Below are positions 61,823-64,000 of a DNA stretch of 64,000 nt, piece by piece (the stretch's first letter is position 1; each line of letters opens with the position of its first letter). This DNA is from a virus: IMG/VR virus record IMGVR_UViG_3300010397_000041, positions 28,426-92,425 of that record; one strand, written 5' to 3'. The position numbers and the translations under genes were made by a program. The notes under the pieces are model-generated. The model was not told the origin of the DNA and made no database searches. It was given only the letters and a program-made list of their open reading frames with translations.

Positions 61823-63097
61823 GTGGCCCACATCCGTGGCCTCGGTCCGCCGAACCCGCACTATCCCAAGCGGGGCAAGAAGAACCTAGGCCCATACAAG
61901 ATCACGGTTAAGCGGAAGGGCTGGGACGACCGCTTCTTCACCCGCGACACCCTGGCCGCCGCAGAAAAATGCGCTCTGCACGCGGAGGAGGACCTCGACA
62001 ACGGGATCGACCCCTACGACCGGTACAAACAGAAGCACAGCGCCGACACCACCACGCTCGAGGCGTTCGCGGAACTGTGGCTCGCCGCCCACTTCCACGA
62101 ACCCAGCACCCGCTACAACGCCGAGCTGACCGTCGCCAAACACATCTTGCCGGTCTTCGGGACACGCGAGCTGACCGACGGCCAGCACCGCATCCGCCCC
62201 ATGGAGATCGACGCCTGGCTGGGGCGGCTCCGGCGCGACCGCGTCCCGAAGACCGGCCGGCCACTCGCGAACGCCACCATCCGCAAGATCTTCGGGCACC
62301 TTGATGGACTCCTCACCGCGGCCGTCCTCGAGGGCCACCTGGCCAAGAACCCCTGCGTCGGCATCGTTCCCCCAAGGGTGCCGAAACGTCCCAAGGTTCG
62401 GCCTGGGCACATCCTGACGCCGGCGCAGGTCATCGCCATCGCCGAGGTGATCCAACGCCCCCGCAAGGGCGCAAAGCCCGGTGCTCCCGTCCTAGAGCGC
62501 AGGCGCCGGTTCGCGATCCTCGTGATCGTGCTCGCGTGGTCCGGGTGTCGGCCGGAGGAGCTGCGGGGGCTGCGCCGCGACGAGGTCCACCCTCTGCGCC
62601 GGCCGGCGCCGACGCTGACAGTGGTCGAGCCGGTGAAGCGGGGCCTGGTCGCGAATCCCACGGAGAACGGGCCGAAGACCGAGCTCTATCACGGCTCGCC
62701 GAAATCGGACGCCGGCCAGCGGGATGTCGAGCTGATCCAGCCTGTCTGGCTGCTGATCGCCGAGCTGATGGCGAACAAGCGGCGGTATGTGTTCGGCACC
62801 CGCAACCAGACGCCCTTTCAGGCGCCGGACTTCCAGGAGATCTGGGACGAGGCGGTGACCTCGCTCGGGCATCCGGAGTGGAGGCCCTACGACCTACGCC
62901 GGTCGCACGCCACCTGGCTGAAGCGGGCGCCGCGGCGTGCGCTGCAGGAGCGGCTCGGGCACGAGCCGCAGGACGTCACCGACCTCTACCAGGACGTGGA
63001 GCCGGAGGACCGCGCGGAGATCCTCACCGTGCTGAACCGGCTCTGGAAGGAGGGCCAGGCCGGCGCGGCGCTGGTCGCGGCGGCCGCCGCACAGTGA
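61823..63097 (+). CDS. int: Tyrosine integrase
   Basis: WSGCRPEELRGL, PYDLRRSHATWL, RLGH, TDLY catalytic motifs; SAM-like N-domain. Confidence 0.95.
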   Translation: MAHIRGLGPPNPHYPKRGKKNLGPYKITVKRKGWDDRFFTRDTLAAAEKCALHAEEDLDNGIDPYDRYKQKHSADTTTLEAFAELWLAAHFHEPSTRYNAELTVAKHILPVFGTRELTDGQHRIRPMEIDAWLGRLRRDRVPKTGRPLANATIRKIFGHLDGLLTAAVLEGHLAKNPCVGIVPPRVPKRPKVRPGHILTPAQVIAIAEVIQRPRKGAKPGAPVLERRRRFAILVIVLAWSGCRPEELRGLRRDEVHPLRRPAPTLTVVEPVKRGLVANPTENGPKTELYHGSPKSDAGQRDVELIQPVWLLIAELMANKRRYVFGTRNQTPFQAPDFQEIWDEAVTSLGHPEWRPYDLRRSHATWLKRAPRRALQERLGHEPQDVTDLYQDVEPEDRAEILTVLNRLWKEGQAGAALVAAAAAQ

Positions 63098-63124
63098 TCG
63101 ACTCTGGCCCCCGTACGGCCCCCT

Positions 63125-63250
63125 CGGGCCAATCTAGACCCGTCCAGTTGACTCTAAAACGGTCTAGTCTTACGGTGGAACACGACCGCACACGACCGTT
63201 TCCGCAGGTCACGGGAGTTGCCTTACAACCTTCTCAGGTTGTCGAGGAAT
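63125..63250. other. Candidate attachment region (attP or attR)
   Basis: Non-coding, lower GC, directly after int; TCTAGACC/GGTCTAG, CACGACCG tandem, TTTCCGCAGGTCA. Confidence 0.45.
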
Positions 63251-63318
63251 CGCCTCTGCCTGCCGGGACGGTTGCCACATATCGCTCTGGCCCCCATACG
63301 GCCCCCGGCAGGGAGACG

Positions 63319-64000
63319 ATGACCACTGACCCCACCGCGCCCAACGGCGCGGTCCCCATCGGCCCGGACACTAGCCGGACCGATCACCACACGAGCGACA
63401 GCCCCGAAGAGCTGGCCATCGAGGTCGACCCGGGCCCGTGCGCCCGCTGCGAACAGCCCCACGCCGCGCACACGCCGCGCGTGCGCTTCTGCCCCGGCTC
63501 CTCGCACGAGACCTACCTCATCCCCGCCGAAATCGCCGACGACGGGGCCGCTGGTGGGAGTGCGCCGACGCCGTCCGCCCAGACGGCGACCGACGACCTC
63601 GCCGACTGGCTGGCCAGCGTCCAGCAGACCGTCTCGGCCGCCCTCTGGTCGCTCGCGAAGGGCGAGAGCGCGGAGGCGATCCAAGCCGACACGCTGACCG
63701 ATCTGTACGCCGCGCTCACCGAGCTCGGAGGGACATCGCCGGCCCCCGGCAGCTCGACCGCCACCGAGAGGCCTATCTCGCTCGACCAGGTGCTCGTTGA
63801 AACCGGCCACCGCCGGGACGAGATCGATGCCGGCCGCGAGTCGGCCTTGGCGGACATCGTAGCCGGCGGCCTCGCCGACGACGAGGCGATCACGAGCCTC
63901 CTGATCTACATCACGGCCCGCGCGACCACACTTCTGCGCGACCGGCGGGACGGCCTTCATACCGGCACGATCGCCGGGCTCCAGGAGATCGCGAGCCTGA
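63319..64000 (+). CDS. Hypothetical protein, runs off the window (MTTDPTAPNG...CARCEQPH...)
   Basis: GGGAG RBS; frame open to the window end. Confidence 0.55.
   Translation, partial: MTTDPTAPNGAVPIGPDTSRTDHHTSDSPEELAIEVDPGPCARCEQPHAAHTPRVRFCPGSSHETYLIPAEIADDGAAGGSAPTPSAQTATDDLADWLASVQQTVSAALWSLAKGESAEAIQADTLTDLYAALTELGGTSPAPGSSTATERPISLDQVLVETGHRRDEIDAGRESALADIVAGGLADDEAITSLLIYITARATTLLRDRRDGLHTGTIAGLQEIASL

Larger units (their letters stand above)
1..63250. mobile_element. Temperate siphovirus (prophage or phage genome), actinobacterial type; left end runs off the window
   Basis: Integrase/repressor/excisionase module, RecET, replication gene, then terminase-portal-protease-capsid-tail-tape measure-holin in canonical order. 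Confidence 0.95.

Noticed and set aside
63098-63320. tRNA gene at the integration site
   Set aside because: No T-loop GTTCRA or cloverleaf recognised on either strand

Overview
The window holds most of a temperate, very GC-rich siphovirus of actinobacterial type; the host genus cannot be determined from the sequence. Reading right to left, the + strand carries a tyrosine integrase and candidate repressor with an att-like region at about 63.1-63.25 kb. The long - strand early region has an excisionase/Cro, RecE/RecT, many small HTH and Zn-finger genes, a replication initiator with internal iterons and a TrmH/SpoU RNA methyltransferase. A small accessory island at 35-38.5 kb encodes a PLD-nuclease/DnaB-helicase fusion divergent from a PIN gene. 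The late region runs: terminase, portal, split MuF with a HEXXH extension, protease/scaffold, capsid, decoration/fibre-like genes, a 732-aa Arg/Pro/Trp repeat protein, adaptors, a protamine-like protein, tail tube, frameshifting chaperones, tape measure, one tail-tip gene and a holin-like gene. The most unusual signal is four small stand-alone genes that each carry a diverged copy of one segment of this phage's own portal, tape measure, prohead protease or capsid protein. Three are clustered at 20.1-21.8 kb, which suggests a virion-mimic (decoy or assembly-interference) system. No tRNA, rRNA or CRISPR array was recognised. Family assignments come from motif recognition by eye, not database searches.
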